Below are positions 13,627 to 25,817 of a stretch of 64,000 nucleotides of DNA, one piece after another (position 1 is the stretch's first letter; each line of letters opens with the position of its first letter). This stretch comes from Fimicolochytrium jonesii. Its lineage: Eukaryota. The notes beneath the pieces are model-generated. The model searched no databases. It had not been told where the DNA came from and saw only the letters and a program-made list of their open reading frames with translations. Location: contig NW_026515683.1 of the NCBI RefSeq assembly GCF_025526975.1, positions 62,001 through 126,000 of the forward strand. The letters run 5' to 3'. Made by a program: the position numbers and the translations under genes.

Positions 13627-14948
13627 CTATATGCTCAACTTCGAAACACCATCCGCCAAACCCTCCTTCTTCCTAGCCGTCCGAGGGATCGAATTTCCAA
13701 ACTTATCAACTAACTCCGGCTCACTATCCTCGTCATCATCTATATCGCTCACTGGAAACGCCTGCGTTCTGCCAGCCTTTCGTGGGATTGTGTTCCCCAA
13801 TTTATCGAAAATAGGTTCTTCATCCTCCTCGTCCTCTTCATCGTTTTCGTCTTCTTCCTCTTCAGCGCCACCCTCCTCCTCACCATCCTCCTCACTCTCA
13901 TCCTCCTCATCATCATTCTGCCCCTGTCCCCACCCAGCATGATTCGGGTTCTCTTCCAACAAATCATCACTGTCAGCCTCTTCATCTTCCTCCTCCTCCT
14001 CCTCGTCATTCTGGTCATCGCCGACATGCCGAACGTGCGATTTGATCCCGCGGCGGTCACGGTACTCCTTATCGATCTCGGCGATGTATGCGTTTTGGCA
14101 GTCGACGACATCGGTGGACGTTGTGCATTGTTGGTATTTCTTGAAAAGAGCTCTGTTTTATTTGAAAGTAAAGTGTGTGAGAGTTCTTCGGTGATGCATG
14201 TGGGATGTCACAGTTGAGTTTACTCGTTGAGATTCCAGAAAGCGCTGCCCCATTTGAACTTTGAGAGGAGGATGTGGCCGTATTCTTCTAGCCCGACGAT
14301 GTAGAAGCATGCAGCCAGTGCCTCGACACAGTTCAGCTTGAAGGGTTTGCCGTAATTCACGGGATTCGCTGCAATGAGATACGGTACTGCATCCCAAGCG
14401 TAAGATGTGAGTGCTCAAATCCACCCTGAAACCACTTCCAAAAAGGCAAACCACTTACGCAACCGCTCATGCGGACTCCTGATCTTCTCGAACGGCACCT
14501 CATCCACCCTCGCCCACGAGCAATCCACCACACACGCCCCGTGCAGTTCCACAATATGCCGATCCGCCGGTGACACCGACTGCGTGCCCTTGGGTGACAT
14601 GACGATTCCCTTGAACTTTTGCCCGATGCGAAGCGTTTTGATCATTTGCAGACGGGCTAGTTTGCGTCCGCTGCAGCGTTTGGGGTCGCAGTGGTCGAAA
14701 TCCCACATTGCGACGGGGACGGGGACGCGGGGGGTGGCGGTGGAGTCTTCACTGTCCGCGGTGGGGGCGTCCCTGTGAACAACATGGCGGAGCCATCAAT
14801 TTTCGTTTGGCATTCGAAGCAGTTCTGAGCCAACTGCGTTCCCCCCTCACCCTTCACTTCGACGGCCAAAGGCGAGGTCGTCTTGGTTCCCTGCACCACT
14901 GCGGTGGCCCCTCTCATGGTGCCGATGTTTGGCGGACTTGCCCTTCAT
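13627..14948 (-). CDS. TSR3: 18S rRNA aminocarboxypropyltransferase Tsr3, 4 exons, acidic C-terminus
   Basis: [72 protein letters not shown] across GT-AG introns. Confidence 0.95.
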
Positions 14949-15352
14949 GTCGGAGACGTCGTTGAATTGACTTCGCTTTGAAGTATGATTTGCTAGCCTT
15001 GCGTCGTTGCACTCAGACTCTGGCTGAGGTATTATAAATTAAGATAGTAGACCTGTTGACGCAATCTTTTCCACCGTCTGTTGGGAATTGGCATAAGGAG
15101 CAGAAGGAACTCCTGCGAAAAAATCGACCGCGCGTTTTCGCTCCTTTCCGCCCTTGCGCTGATCCTGTCATTCTGCATCTTGCTTTCACATCCATGGAGA
15201 CGGAGAGTTCCATCAACCGGGTGGTGAAACGACACAGGTGAACCATCATACACTAAGAAAACAAGCAAAACAGTGACGAACATGCCCATCTAACTTCTTC
15301 CGTTTGGCAAAAGCAGAGCTGCAACCTTTGGCAATCCCCGCGGCTGCACCTC

Positions 15353-17284
15353 ATGGCTGAATCACCAGCAACAGCAGCGACGTTGCTACCAGGGACGGCC
15401 GTCGTAGTCACGGCTGGAGTGGATGACATTAAAGCTGGAGGGAAACCTGCAGGAGCACCTAATGCTGGAGGTGCAGACGCAGTGCTAGCTGCCAATGGCG
15501 GCGGTCAAGCACCATCAACCAATCCAACAACTACGGGTGTCGCGCCAGCGGGGACGTATGAGCCAACCAAGCCCAGCTACACGCAGAAGGCCGAGAGCAA
15601 AGAGGCGCAGAGGCGCGTGCTAGCCGAGAACAGGGAGTGGAATCTGTCCCCGGTGAAGAAACTGCGGGATCTATGCGTCGATGTATTGGTTGCTAGATTC
15701 GAAGGTAGGTGTACCTCACATTACACTACAAATGAAGGGGTGGCCCACTCACTTCCGACCTCCCTCCTCCAGAGCAGCCCATACTCTCCCGCATCCCCGG
15801 CAAGTACCGCGACAGAGTCATTTCTGGCATCTCCGTGCACCTTCCCCTCAGCATCACAGCGCCCTTAGTCCCCGACGAAGCCTATTGGCAACGCAAATCC
15901 ACCGCAGCCTTCAAGATTTGCAACCTGCGCGACCACGGCAACTCCTGGCGGCGGCTGTTCTTCGAATCGCACATCCAAAAACTCCTCGAGGAGTATATTC
16001 CCCAGCCCGGCAGCGAGAAGGAAGCGGAGGTGCTTGCCCAGCTGGACTTGGCGGCGGCTTATGTGCATAAGCTCAAGTTGAAGCAGTTGTGTCCGACTGC
16101 GTACCCGGTGAAGAAGGGCGATGGGCCGGTTGGCGCGACGAAGGGAGGGCTGGGATCTTTGCAGAAGGCTGTGAGGGATCCGAGCGCGGTTCCACAGGAT
16201 CATATGAACCTAGCTGTTGTCTTTGCCAAGTTGAAACATTTGGAGGACATCGAGTTGGCGTTCAGGTAGGTGGACCACTCATTCTTGCTTGATGCCTTGG
16301 AAGGGCTGACGCAGTATTCACCTTCGTAGCGTACGGGATTGCGGAATAGAGTTCGAGTGGGAGTACTTTGGCATGACGCTTAACGACTGCGTCTCATTGA
16401 CAGAAGGGATGAAGCTCTCAAAGCTATTACGAGATCTCAAAGTCACTGCAAGCGGCATAGACAACGACCGATGCCAAGTTTTAGCCGCGGCCCTGGTGGA
16501 CAACAAGACGCTGCAATCTCTAGGTACGTTCTCAAGTATCGCATTATTTATAGAAAGGATCACGTCGAATTCCATTCATCGCAAACAGACCTATCTCACA
16601 ACATCATCGGCGACACCGGCGCCCAAGCCCTCGCGACCGTCCTCGTCAAACCCAAATGCCGTCTCACCCGCCTCAGCCTCTGCAACAACCACATCAAAAA
16701 CCAAGGCGGCGCCTACCTCGCCAACGCCCTAACCCGGAACAGCTCGCTAATATCCCTCGCCCTGCGCATGAATTTCTTCGGCGACAAGGGAAGTGCCGCG
16801 CTGTTCACCGCACTGAAAGACAACAAGACGCTGCAACATCTCGATCTGAGTTGTAATCAAATGGGCCCTGCTACCGTCGGGCCCGTGTGTACGGCGTTGA
16901 AGAACAATATCCGGTCGCTGGTGTCGCTGGATTTGAGCTGTAATCGATTAGGGAATGCGGACCATTCGAAGGATGGGACTAGATTGGTGGGGGTGGAGCC
17001 GGCGAGGCAAACGCAGGCGCAGGCGCAGCCAAATGCGAAAGCGATGGGTGATACGCATGGAGGGATTGAGGATGCGGCCGGGAGAGCGTTGTTTGATGCC
17101 GTTAGTCAGAACAAGGTACGTTGGGGAAATGGGGAATGTGGTCATTGTGCTCGGTCGTGCTGAATACTCTTCCATCTTCGTTTAGTATGTGACGCAGCTG
17201 GACCTGAGGTTGAGCGGCATCACATCCGAGTTTCAAGTTGCGATACAAGGAATCATCAACGAAAACAAAGCAGCGTTTGCGTAG
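15353..17284 (+). CDS. DRC5: Dynein regulatory complex subunit 5 (TCTE1/DRC5), LRR protein, 5 exons
   Basis: RRVLAENREWNL, LPLSITAPLVPDEAYW, HGNSWRRLFFESHIQKLLEEYIP, VRDCGIEFEW, then RI-type LRRs (LDLSHNIIGDTGA, LDLSCNQMG). These match recalled TCTE1 motifs. Confidence 0.9.
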
Positions 17285-17516
17285 CTTGATATTGAGACCT
17301 CATGTGTCTCCTTCTCGTTTCTAATGGTTCTCCGTGATTTCGGTTTCTCTGATATGACCGAAAGTCTGTTCATGTAAAGATCAACGAAGTAGGTACAGAG
17401 AGAAGGGTGTAACTACAATATGAAGGGAATTGCCCCCTCCATAATGATATTTGTCTGTCCCCAGTTTGCTTTCGTTCACAGCACGACGTCCGTCTGCGTA
17501 CATTGTTCTGCATCTC

Positions 17517-18224
17517 TCAAATGCGCTTCTTGGACGCCTCGGTGATGACCTGGAAACAGTTTTCCACGTCCGCGGTCGACTTGAGCATCAGGAACCTCGT
17601 GGTGGCAGAGTGGGTGTTGGACTTGACATCAACATCTCCTCGACTCCTCCGTGCCCCTACCTCATCCGCCACCATCTTCATATCCCTCTCGCGTTTTCCT
17701 GCCCCTAGTAAGTAGGCCTGCACGAAATACAGCAAGATGCTGCCCTTGCTAGCAAATGTCATCCCAAACGACTCAACACAGCCTTCTACGCCGAACGCTG
17801 CCTCCCCAGACCACAGACGATATACTGTTCGCTTCAGCAGACGCCAGGAGACGAGTGGTAGCGGCAGATCGACGTAAATGAAGAGGGTGGTTTGCGGCCA
17901 GAATCCGGCGCGCTGGCTAGTGTAGTTGCCATCAATCACCCAGCGGGGTCCGGAGCCGGTGGAGGAGGAGGAGGTGGAAGGAAGCACGCTGGCGAGACGG
18001 GCTTGAAACTCGGCGGGTGTGCGCTGGACCCAGTAGGGCTTGAAGTTCACGGAGTCGAGGTGAAGGACAGGCACCTCCAGCGCCGAGGCTAGCCTTGCCG
18101 CTAGGGTTGACTTACCGGACCCACAAGGGCCCATGATGGTAATGCGACGAATGTCTAGCTCACCGTTGCTGCCGAGAGGGCCTTCCTCGGCAGGGCTGCC
18201 CGTTGCGCTCGGGCAGACGGTCAT
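17517..18224 (-). CDS. P-loop nucleotide kinase, FlaR/topology-modulation (adenylate-kinase-like) family
   Basis: RRITIMGPCGSGKSTLAARLASALEVPVLHLD...WVIDGNY...IYVDLPLPLVSWRLLKRT. The core is uninterrupted. An upstream exon via a GTAAGT donor near 18462 is possible. Confidence 0.8.
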   Translation of the reverse strand: MTVCPSATGSPAEEGPLGSNGELDIRRITIMGPCGSGKSTLAARLASALEVPVLHLDSVNFKPYWVQRTPAEFQARLASVLPSTSSSSTGSGPRWVIDGNYTSQRAGFWPQTTLFIYVDLPLPLVSWRLLKRTVYRLWSGEAAFGVEGCVESFGMTFASKGSILLYFVQAYLLGAGKRERDMKMVADEVGARRSRGDVDVKSNTHSATTRFLMLKSTADVENCFQVITEASKKRI

Positions 18225-19246
18225 GGCAGGTGCACTGGAACACGACACTATGAGTGGCTAACGAGGATGGACCACAGACGCTGGGACGGGAGTAGAGGGG
18301 CGGTTGGCCTCTGTCTTCTAGGCTTGCCCTCTGCAGTGTCCCGGTGTCCGCAACTTCGAGATGCTGAGACGGTGCTTGTCCACAACGGACGATTGGACCT
18401 CGCGTGCCTCGCGTGGGGCAGTAACGGACGCTCTACGGAGAGGTCAATCTTACAAGACTTACAGTACATGCATCCATTCCGGCGTTCTGCACAAGATCCC
18501 GAAGCTCTTTGTCAATCTGTGTTGTAAAGCCGGAGTGGTCGAGTGTTTCCAATAGAATCCGAATAGATGGGCGAGATTTCTTCAGCTCGTCACAATGGGC
18601 GGCAGGAGAGAGTCCAGAAGGGCAATGAAACGCCACAGAGTCATTTTCGAGAGCGAGAGATCGGTGTAACGTAGTGGGTCGAAAGTGGTGGCGGGGTGAC
18701 GAAAGACGTCTGGAGTAGGAGCCAATGAAAGTCAGCGTATGTTCAGCGGTTGACGAGAGAGGCTCTGAGAGAGGCTGCGTCGCCAAAAAAACGGCTCTTA
18801 CAGTAGGCTGCCAGATATCAGGTTACGACGCCCCAAGGACACATCATTCCGAGCATAGCCACCGGCTCAAGTTGCCGACCCCCATGCAAATCCTTTCAGC
18901 ACGTCCGCTAGCCCAGGGCAGGACTGACAGCTGGCCGGTGACTTCTGGGGTTGCACAGGGAGGCTCAACAACCCGTCGTAACCTGATATCTGGCAGCCTA
19001 CTGTAGGGACGAGATTGCAGCACGCTCAAGCCATCAAACTTTCGAGTTCAACCCAGAGTTCAACCCCTAGCTACTGGCAACCCCCACAACCCTCTAGGAC
19101 GCTGTACATAACGAACATACAGACTTCGTTGGGGCGGAAGCAAGCCGAATAACTACTATTCCTCAAATTTGTGTACAGAGACACTGGTCTTCGCTTATCT
19201 GCACAGGAAGCGGGACTGCTTCGTCGAGCAGCTAACCGTCGCGAAG

Positions 19247-22200
19247 ATGCAAGATTTCGCACGCCATTCCGGTAACCCGGCTCTAGAATGGCTTCGGCAG
19301 CAGCCTGATTTGGCACAAGTGAGCGTCGTGGCTCACGTACCGCCAAAAGACCAGATCGACTGTAAGTGTGCCTCGAAAACACCTCTCCAAGACGCAAGCC
19401 TATCTGCTGACTATTTTACTGTAATAGTCGTAGCCAACAATAAAGATACATGGATCGATTTGCGAAAAGAGCTCCTACTCCTGCTGAACAGAGGATTGTC
19501 ATTGGAGCAGTTGGAGATGTTGGGACTGGAGCTCAGTGTGATATTAACATTTATTGGAGACGTCTTGGATGTCAAATTACCTTTTACTTCCGTTGACGCC
19601 AATGGGTTGAGCTCGCCAAAAGCTTCGTCAGTCTCCGATTCGGACAAGGTTGAAGCGGAACTTGCCGTGGGAGCCGCACCCACCCACGACGAATCACTCA
19701 TAACTCCAAAGGAGGAGGTCCCCGCCTTGCAACTCAATGGCTACCATCCAGAAGCGGAATCATGCATTGAGAGTGCTTCACTAAATGTCTCGAGCAAACC
19801 GACGTTACGTGTACAGATAGAGGATATTGACGACAGCAATATGGTCGTAGACATGGATATTACCGAGACGCCTTCATCTGGCGTTCGCGAGATGTCTATG
19901 TCACCGATTACTGAGGACGAGAACGGTGACGACGGATCACTAGCAGAAACGCCGCTACCACTAAGTGGCGTGTCGGAACTGGTGGAAGGGGAAATGGAGC
20001 TTGCGGATGTCACTTCGATTGAAACGCTGGAAAGGTTCGAAGAGCCTTCAATGTCAAGTTCACCCGCCAAATCGCACGGTTTTCCGGAACCTGCCCGCGG
20101 TGGAACTGCTGAGCCAAAGGAAGATGACTCACATAATTCAGAGATGGACATGTCTATTGATGAAGAGGAGAATGTTTTTCAGATTGTGGACGGTACCTGG
20201 GAAACACTCCGAGGTGCGTATGTTGCCTCATCGGTGCTGTCGATTACGACTCACGCCTTTGCCGTTGCAGCGGGAAGCTCACGTGGCCGGCCGCTGGCGT
20301 CCGACTTGATAGGCACAGGATACTCTGGATCCAGCCGTCCGTTTTTCATCAAGGAACGACCTCTCAATCTTGTGATAGAGCTGAGTGACTCGGGAAGCGA
20401 TGATGAAGAAGATGACGACAGCGTCACCAAGCCGAAGACAAATGGCACTACGTCTGCACCAGTGCTGGCACCAGCGGCAACTGGGAGCGGGACTAAGCTT
20501 TCGGAAAGCGTGAAGAGACGGATGCTGGAATTAGCGATACAGAGGAAAGAGCTGGAGGCGAAGATTGTTCAACTAGCAGCTAAGCGGCGTAAAACGGCCG
20601 CCGGGAAGGCAGCTGGTAGCAGCACGCCCGAAGTTCTCCCGACGATGTCGCAGGCTCCACCAACAAACACCTCACTTAACCATACGGCGACATTACCCCC
20701 GCCTTCGCGGGGCAAATCCCTCTCTCCCAACGAACTGGACAAACCTCGGAAGCTTCTCAGTAGTACTACAAAGCAGCTACCGATCTCGAAGGATGATACT
20801 GCTGTAACTGCATTGGCTCAAGAAACGGAGAGGGCGGCCGAAGTGGTTGCTCAAGCGAGGCAGGCTTACGAAAGGAAACTTGCAATGGCAAAGAAATTTG
20901 AAGAGCTCATCGCAACTAAAGAAGCCGAGTTCGCCAAGATACGGGCAGACATGAGTGCCGCCGAGCATGACATAAAGAAGTACTTGGCCGACATATATGA
21001 ACAACAAAAGCAACGCGGAGATCTCGAACGGGGTATCTTGAATCGTCGCAAGGAGATGGCCGAGATTATGAAAAAGATCAAAAGCGACGAGGCAGTGATT
21101 GCATTGTCTCTGGAGAACGAGCGTGCCTTATCCGAGAAGATTTCGACTCTGAAGCGTGACATAGAGTCCAAGGGAAAACAGATATCTGACGGGCAGCCAG
21201 CTCTTTTTGCTCAAAAAAGCACCCTGACGAGGATCATGAATCCTCAACCTGCTGGAAAGCTTGTATCTCCTGCGCCCACACAGGCGGGCGTCATGGAAGA
21301 GCCTAACTCAGACAGCGGGTCAATCAAATCGGACAACTCGTTAAAGCAGTTCAAGGACCCTGCGTTCCACCCGCAGTTCAAGCCGGAGTTCCGCGCATTC
21401 TTGCGATCGGTCATCCCACAAATTAATGTGTCCTCTGAAGGAAAATCCGTACTTAACGGTGAAGCCACCTTGGAGAACATCAAAGGTGGAAAGGACAGAC
21501 TTTGCCAGGATCTCCTAGGGGAAAGAAAGCCGACGGTACGCCGTATGATGAATCTGAACGGGCATCTCCGTAGGGAAGATGAAGTCGCCCTGATGTCCGA
21601 CGCGTATACTGCCGGGGTTCCTGTTAATGGCCGTTGGAACGCACCCTCCGCGGAAGAGTCTCAGAATGACGACGTGAGTGCAATTTTGCGAGGGCTCACA
21701 GCAAAATCGACCTGGACTGACATTTATGACTCATGTCGATGAAAGGCGCATCCGCCCGCGCAAGGCAAGAAGCGTCTTGCGCCATACAGCAGCACAATGT
21801 CGCAATTCAGATCATTCCGCTTTGCGAAGGAGTACGACAAGGATATAAAATCCCTAACTTGGAGCAACAAAGTCGACCCTCTTCGGAATATTTGTCAGTT
21901 CGAATCTGAGGGCGGCGTGTGTCACGATAAGAAATGCCAGGGTCAGCACTTTCGCGATATCAAAATGAGTGGTGAGTAGTGAGAAAGCCGGGAATCCTGT
22001 TTACGTTGCTAGGCCAATGGTGCCGGGGTTCAGATTGTCGCTCGACACATATCAATGCATAAAATTCTCAGAGGATGAGGTCATGCTGGATTTGTTATCG
22101 TACAATGCCTCTGATCTACCACAAGAAACGATTCGGGAACTTAAGGACCGCGTGCATGCATTCGCATCCAAGGGCCGAGCTCTGGACAAGTTGGCTAAAA

Positions 22201-25020
22201 CGATCATACAGCAACAGCAGCAAAAGCGGGACAACGACATTGTATCCATGTCGATTGGAAGGAAACGCGATTTGAAGCAGATGCTGAATGACGGAACTTC
22301 CGCGGAAACCGAAAAGTCCCCGAACGACTCCATTCCCGATGCATCGCCAGGACGAAAGGATCATTTGTCTTCAGCTGCACCGAAGACTGACGGAAAACCC
22401 CGTTTGCCACCCAAAGTGCCAATACTCATAAATGGCTTGCAGAAAGCAATGGATGGCGAACAGGTGAAACACGGGCGATACTTCGATGCACCCCTCACGG
22501 AAGACGAATTCGAATCATTGGTTTCCAGTGACCCCACAAATGTCGAGAATTGGATCAAATATGCTGCGGGAATGATTCCGACGAAGATGAACCTAGAAAA
22601 GCTGGAAACTCCATCTTCAAACTTCAATAAAGCAATGCATGTCCTCTCCCGTGGGTTGCAAGCCAATCGGACGTCTGAAGGGCTTTGGACATTTTACATG
22701 GAATTGTTCACTAGGAGAGGCGAAGGGAAAGACGTTCGGGAAAGCTTCGCGCAAGCCATAGAATTTCTACCGGATGCTGTTACATTGTGGTGGATGTGGT
22801 TTCTCTGGGAGACGGACATCATCGAAAAAGAATCTGTCTTGAAACGGATGATTACGACTTTCTTGGCGGATGGAAGGGTGTCGTCACCTGTCAGCAAGGC
22901 CGCCCTTTTCGACGCATTTGTACAGCTTTCAAATTTGTACATGGAGGACGGAAACCCTGATGCGGCAAAACGCTGGATGTGGGCCTTTCTGACCGCGGAA
23001 AGCGTCTCTGGAATGTTTGAGGCTTCCAATCAAGATTCAGCGGCTTCTGGCCATCCGGTACGGAGCAACATACCAGTACTGAAGAACACCATCGCCTTCA
23101 AGCATCTCGAATCCATGGACCTTCACCTGGGGTGGTTATTCTACATTCATTGCGAACATTTCAACCACTTACCGGAGGGAATTTTCCACACCTACCCATA
23201 CAACCACCTTACTCGGCGTGACTTCTGGGAAATCCAATGGGAGGCTCATGTTACCCCAACTTGGGGGAGTGAGAACTTGCAGGACACACTTCGCATAGTG
23301 TTCGAGAGGATCATCGCCTGGTGGCGAAGGGAGGATACATCATATTTCGCGTTGCTGCGCAACTACTTCAACTACATGAGGATTGTGGAAAAGAGATCGA
23401 GAGATGAAAGGCTCCGGATCTCTGAATTCCATCGCATGCAGCACCGTGACCAGGATAATTTTCAAAATCAGGTTGTTCATCTTCTAGAGGTAGGTTGTCA
23501 TAACTGCGTGAATCATTTGAGGACTGCTGTCAGCACATGGGAAGCGAATGATCATTTGCGACTGTAACGTGGCGCATGCCTTACATTTACCGATTGAATG
23601 ATCAGACGACTGGTAGCGGAGAGTTGTCCTCGTTCCCGGGCGTCACTTTCTCGCAGGATAAACCTGAGGGCCTTCCGGTGTGGAATAGACATATCAAAGT
23701 GCTTTTACAAGCAAATGACACCACACGAGCGATACAGAGCTTGGTCAACTGCATACGCGCAATGTTTACCGGCTTGAAACCCGTAAGTTTGCGGCTCGTA
23801 CTACACTCAGCTTTCCGCCATGACTCACTGGAGGATCCGCAGGTTGGTGATATGGGAGCAACAGAAACTGGACGAATCGTCGACGAAGCTTTGCTGCTAT
23901 ATCGAAAGGCCCTCGCGCTGAACATTCCAGGGCTTCGAAGCACCCCGGAACTGAAACATATGTCAGTCCGGACCGACCTGATGTCCAATCCATATCTATG
24001 GCTGCAATACTTGTTGCTGCAGAGCTTTCGCATTGCCGAGGATGATGCGCCAAATGATATTCTCAACACCCTCGAACATGCGTTTGAGGCTGTCTCGGAT
24101 CCCGATGGAAGGAGGGTTTTATGGACTGAGTATGTTCTTGGTGAGATATGTCATCGGTTCTTAGCGTTGCTAACGATGGGCTACTTGTCAGATATGTGCG
24201 GTACTTCCTTGCAAAGGACCCCTCAGAGCCTTTACATCCGGAAAGCGAGACAACCTTGGAGGAAGATAAATCCGCCAAAGCGGCAATGGCTGTCATCATC
24301 CGCGCTCTACGGGATATGAGGATCAACATGATTTCGCATCCCGGCATTGCGAGCGGGGAAATGGTCGACTACGTTAAGCCCGTACCTTTGACAGTACGTG
24401 TGATCAAGGCTTCACTTCCCACCGTTTCTGGACATGTGAGCTGGCTGATAACGATCGTCCTTCTGTCTCAGGATCCGACCATTGCGGAATCTTCATTCCG
24501 GATATATTTCGATTCCCTATCCACGGCCAAACAGACACAGGTGCTGGATCAAGTAGCGCGAGGTCAATTGCCTTTGGGTCTACATCCTTTGTGAGTACTT
24601 TCGTAACATTTTAGACATCCGAGAAGTCGTTGAACTCATCCGCACCATCGCCCTTTTATCAGCACCGCGAAAGCCGCAATGAAAGTGTTACCGGAAGGCA
24701 CGCGACTATCATCTTGCCTGCAAATTCTCTATAGGCTTCTTGCAATGTATCCCAAGACTGCCGGGCTTTGGCGCATGTAAGCGGCGTGGATTTCCGGACG
24801 ATTCGCGACAGTGCAATTTGCGACATTGTCAGCTTTGGGCCTCGTTGAGTGCTGGGCTTTCTTGGTCTGAGGCACTCAATATCTTGACGAAGCTGTCCCT
24901 TCCTGATACCTCCTTTTGACCTTTGTACACAGGACGGTCGCATTCGAGTATGTTAACCGAAATACTCACCAAGCACAGCTTCTCTATGACCTCGCTAAAG
25001 CTTATACCCGCTTCCAATGA
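19247..25020 (+). CDS. ZFC3H1/Red1-like nuclear exosome adaptor: coiled coil, zf-C3H1 finger, C-terminal HAT/TPR-like helical repeats; multi-exon
   Basis: YSSTMSQFRSFRF...SLTWSNKVDPLRNICQFESEGGVCHDKKCQGQHFRDI at ~21781-21965 (zf-C3H1 signature), then DPTNVENWIKYA, VLSRGLQANRTSEGLWTFYMELF, AIEFLPDAVTLWW. The start and last exons are manual predictions. Confidence 0.82.
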
Positions 25021-25168
25021 AGCCGGTAGAGTTGACATGACGATCGGGACTTTTGACAATGGCATTCGATACCGATTATCACACCACTCACTCATCCTGG
25101 ACGATCGACACATACATTGAGAACTTTGGTATCTCCAGATACTCAGGCTCTCTGGATACCCGAGCTTT

Positions 25169-25209
25169 TGATCACTTTTCCGGCATTCATGATCACTTTC
25201 CGGCATTCG
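25169..25209. repeat. Imperfect 21/20-bp tandem duplication (TGATCACTTT[T]CCGGCATTC) downstream of the ZFC3H1-like gene
   Basis: tgatcacttttccggcattca followed directly by tgatcactttccggcattcg. Confidence 0.8.
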
Positions 25210-25817
25210 CATGAGAGTCATAGGCGTTATACACATCTACATTTTGGACTCCTGACGGGGTGCATTCCTTTCCCCTCCGATTTTGGTTGCTGGCGGCCAT
25301 TGTAAATAGCAATGAATAATGAATGAACAGAATTTCGATCATCCTCAAATATTTCCCGCGTGCATGCGAGCCTGACATTCTGGCGGGTGTTCTGGTCCCT
25401 GGATTAGGACGCGCTGTCGTTTTCCTGTGGCTTTGACGACGTAATGACGAAAACAACGACAGGAGACAAGGTGTTGGTTGACTCACAGATTTCACACCGC
25501 CGGACAGGAATCTCCTTCTGTTTCCGATAAAGAGTCGCCCACGCCATAGCATGGTCGTGTGGAGTTGCGTGCTTCACCATGTGCGTCGAATGTTCGGTTT
25601 GAGCTTGTTTTCCACATTGAGTGTTCATGAAGCGGACTTACTTTACTTGTCGGACAAAAGTTCAAAAGTCTATACTAAAGGCCGACCATATTGACGGGGG
25701 GAAAGTCCGATGAGAACGATTATCTGCCCCTCATCGTGATTCGTGTTTTTTTGAAGGCTTTGTGCCTTGACGCAGACTCTTAACAACATCCGCACACCCA
25801 GCAGAAACTCCACGGCA

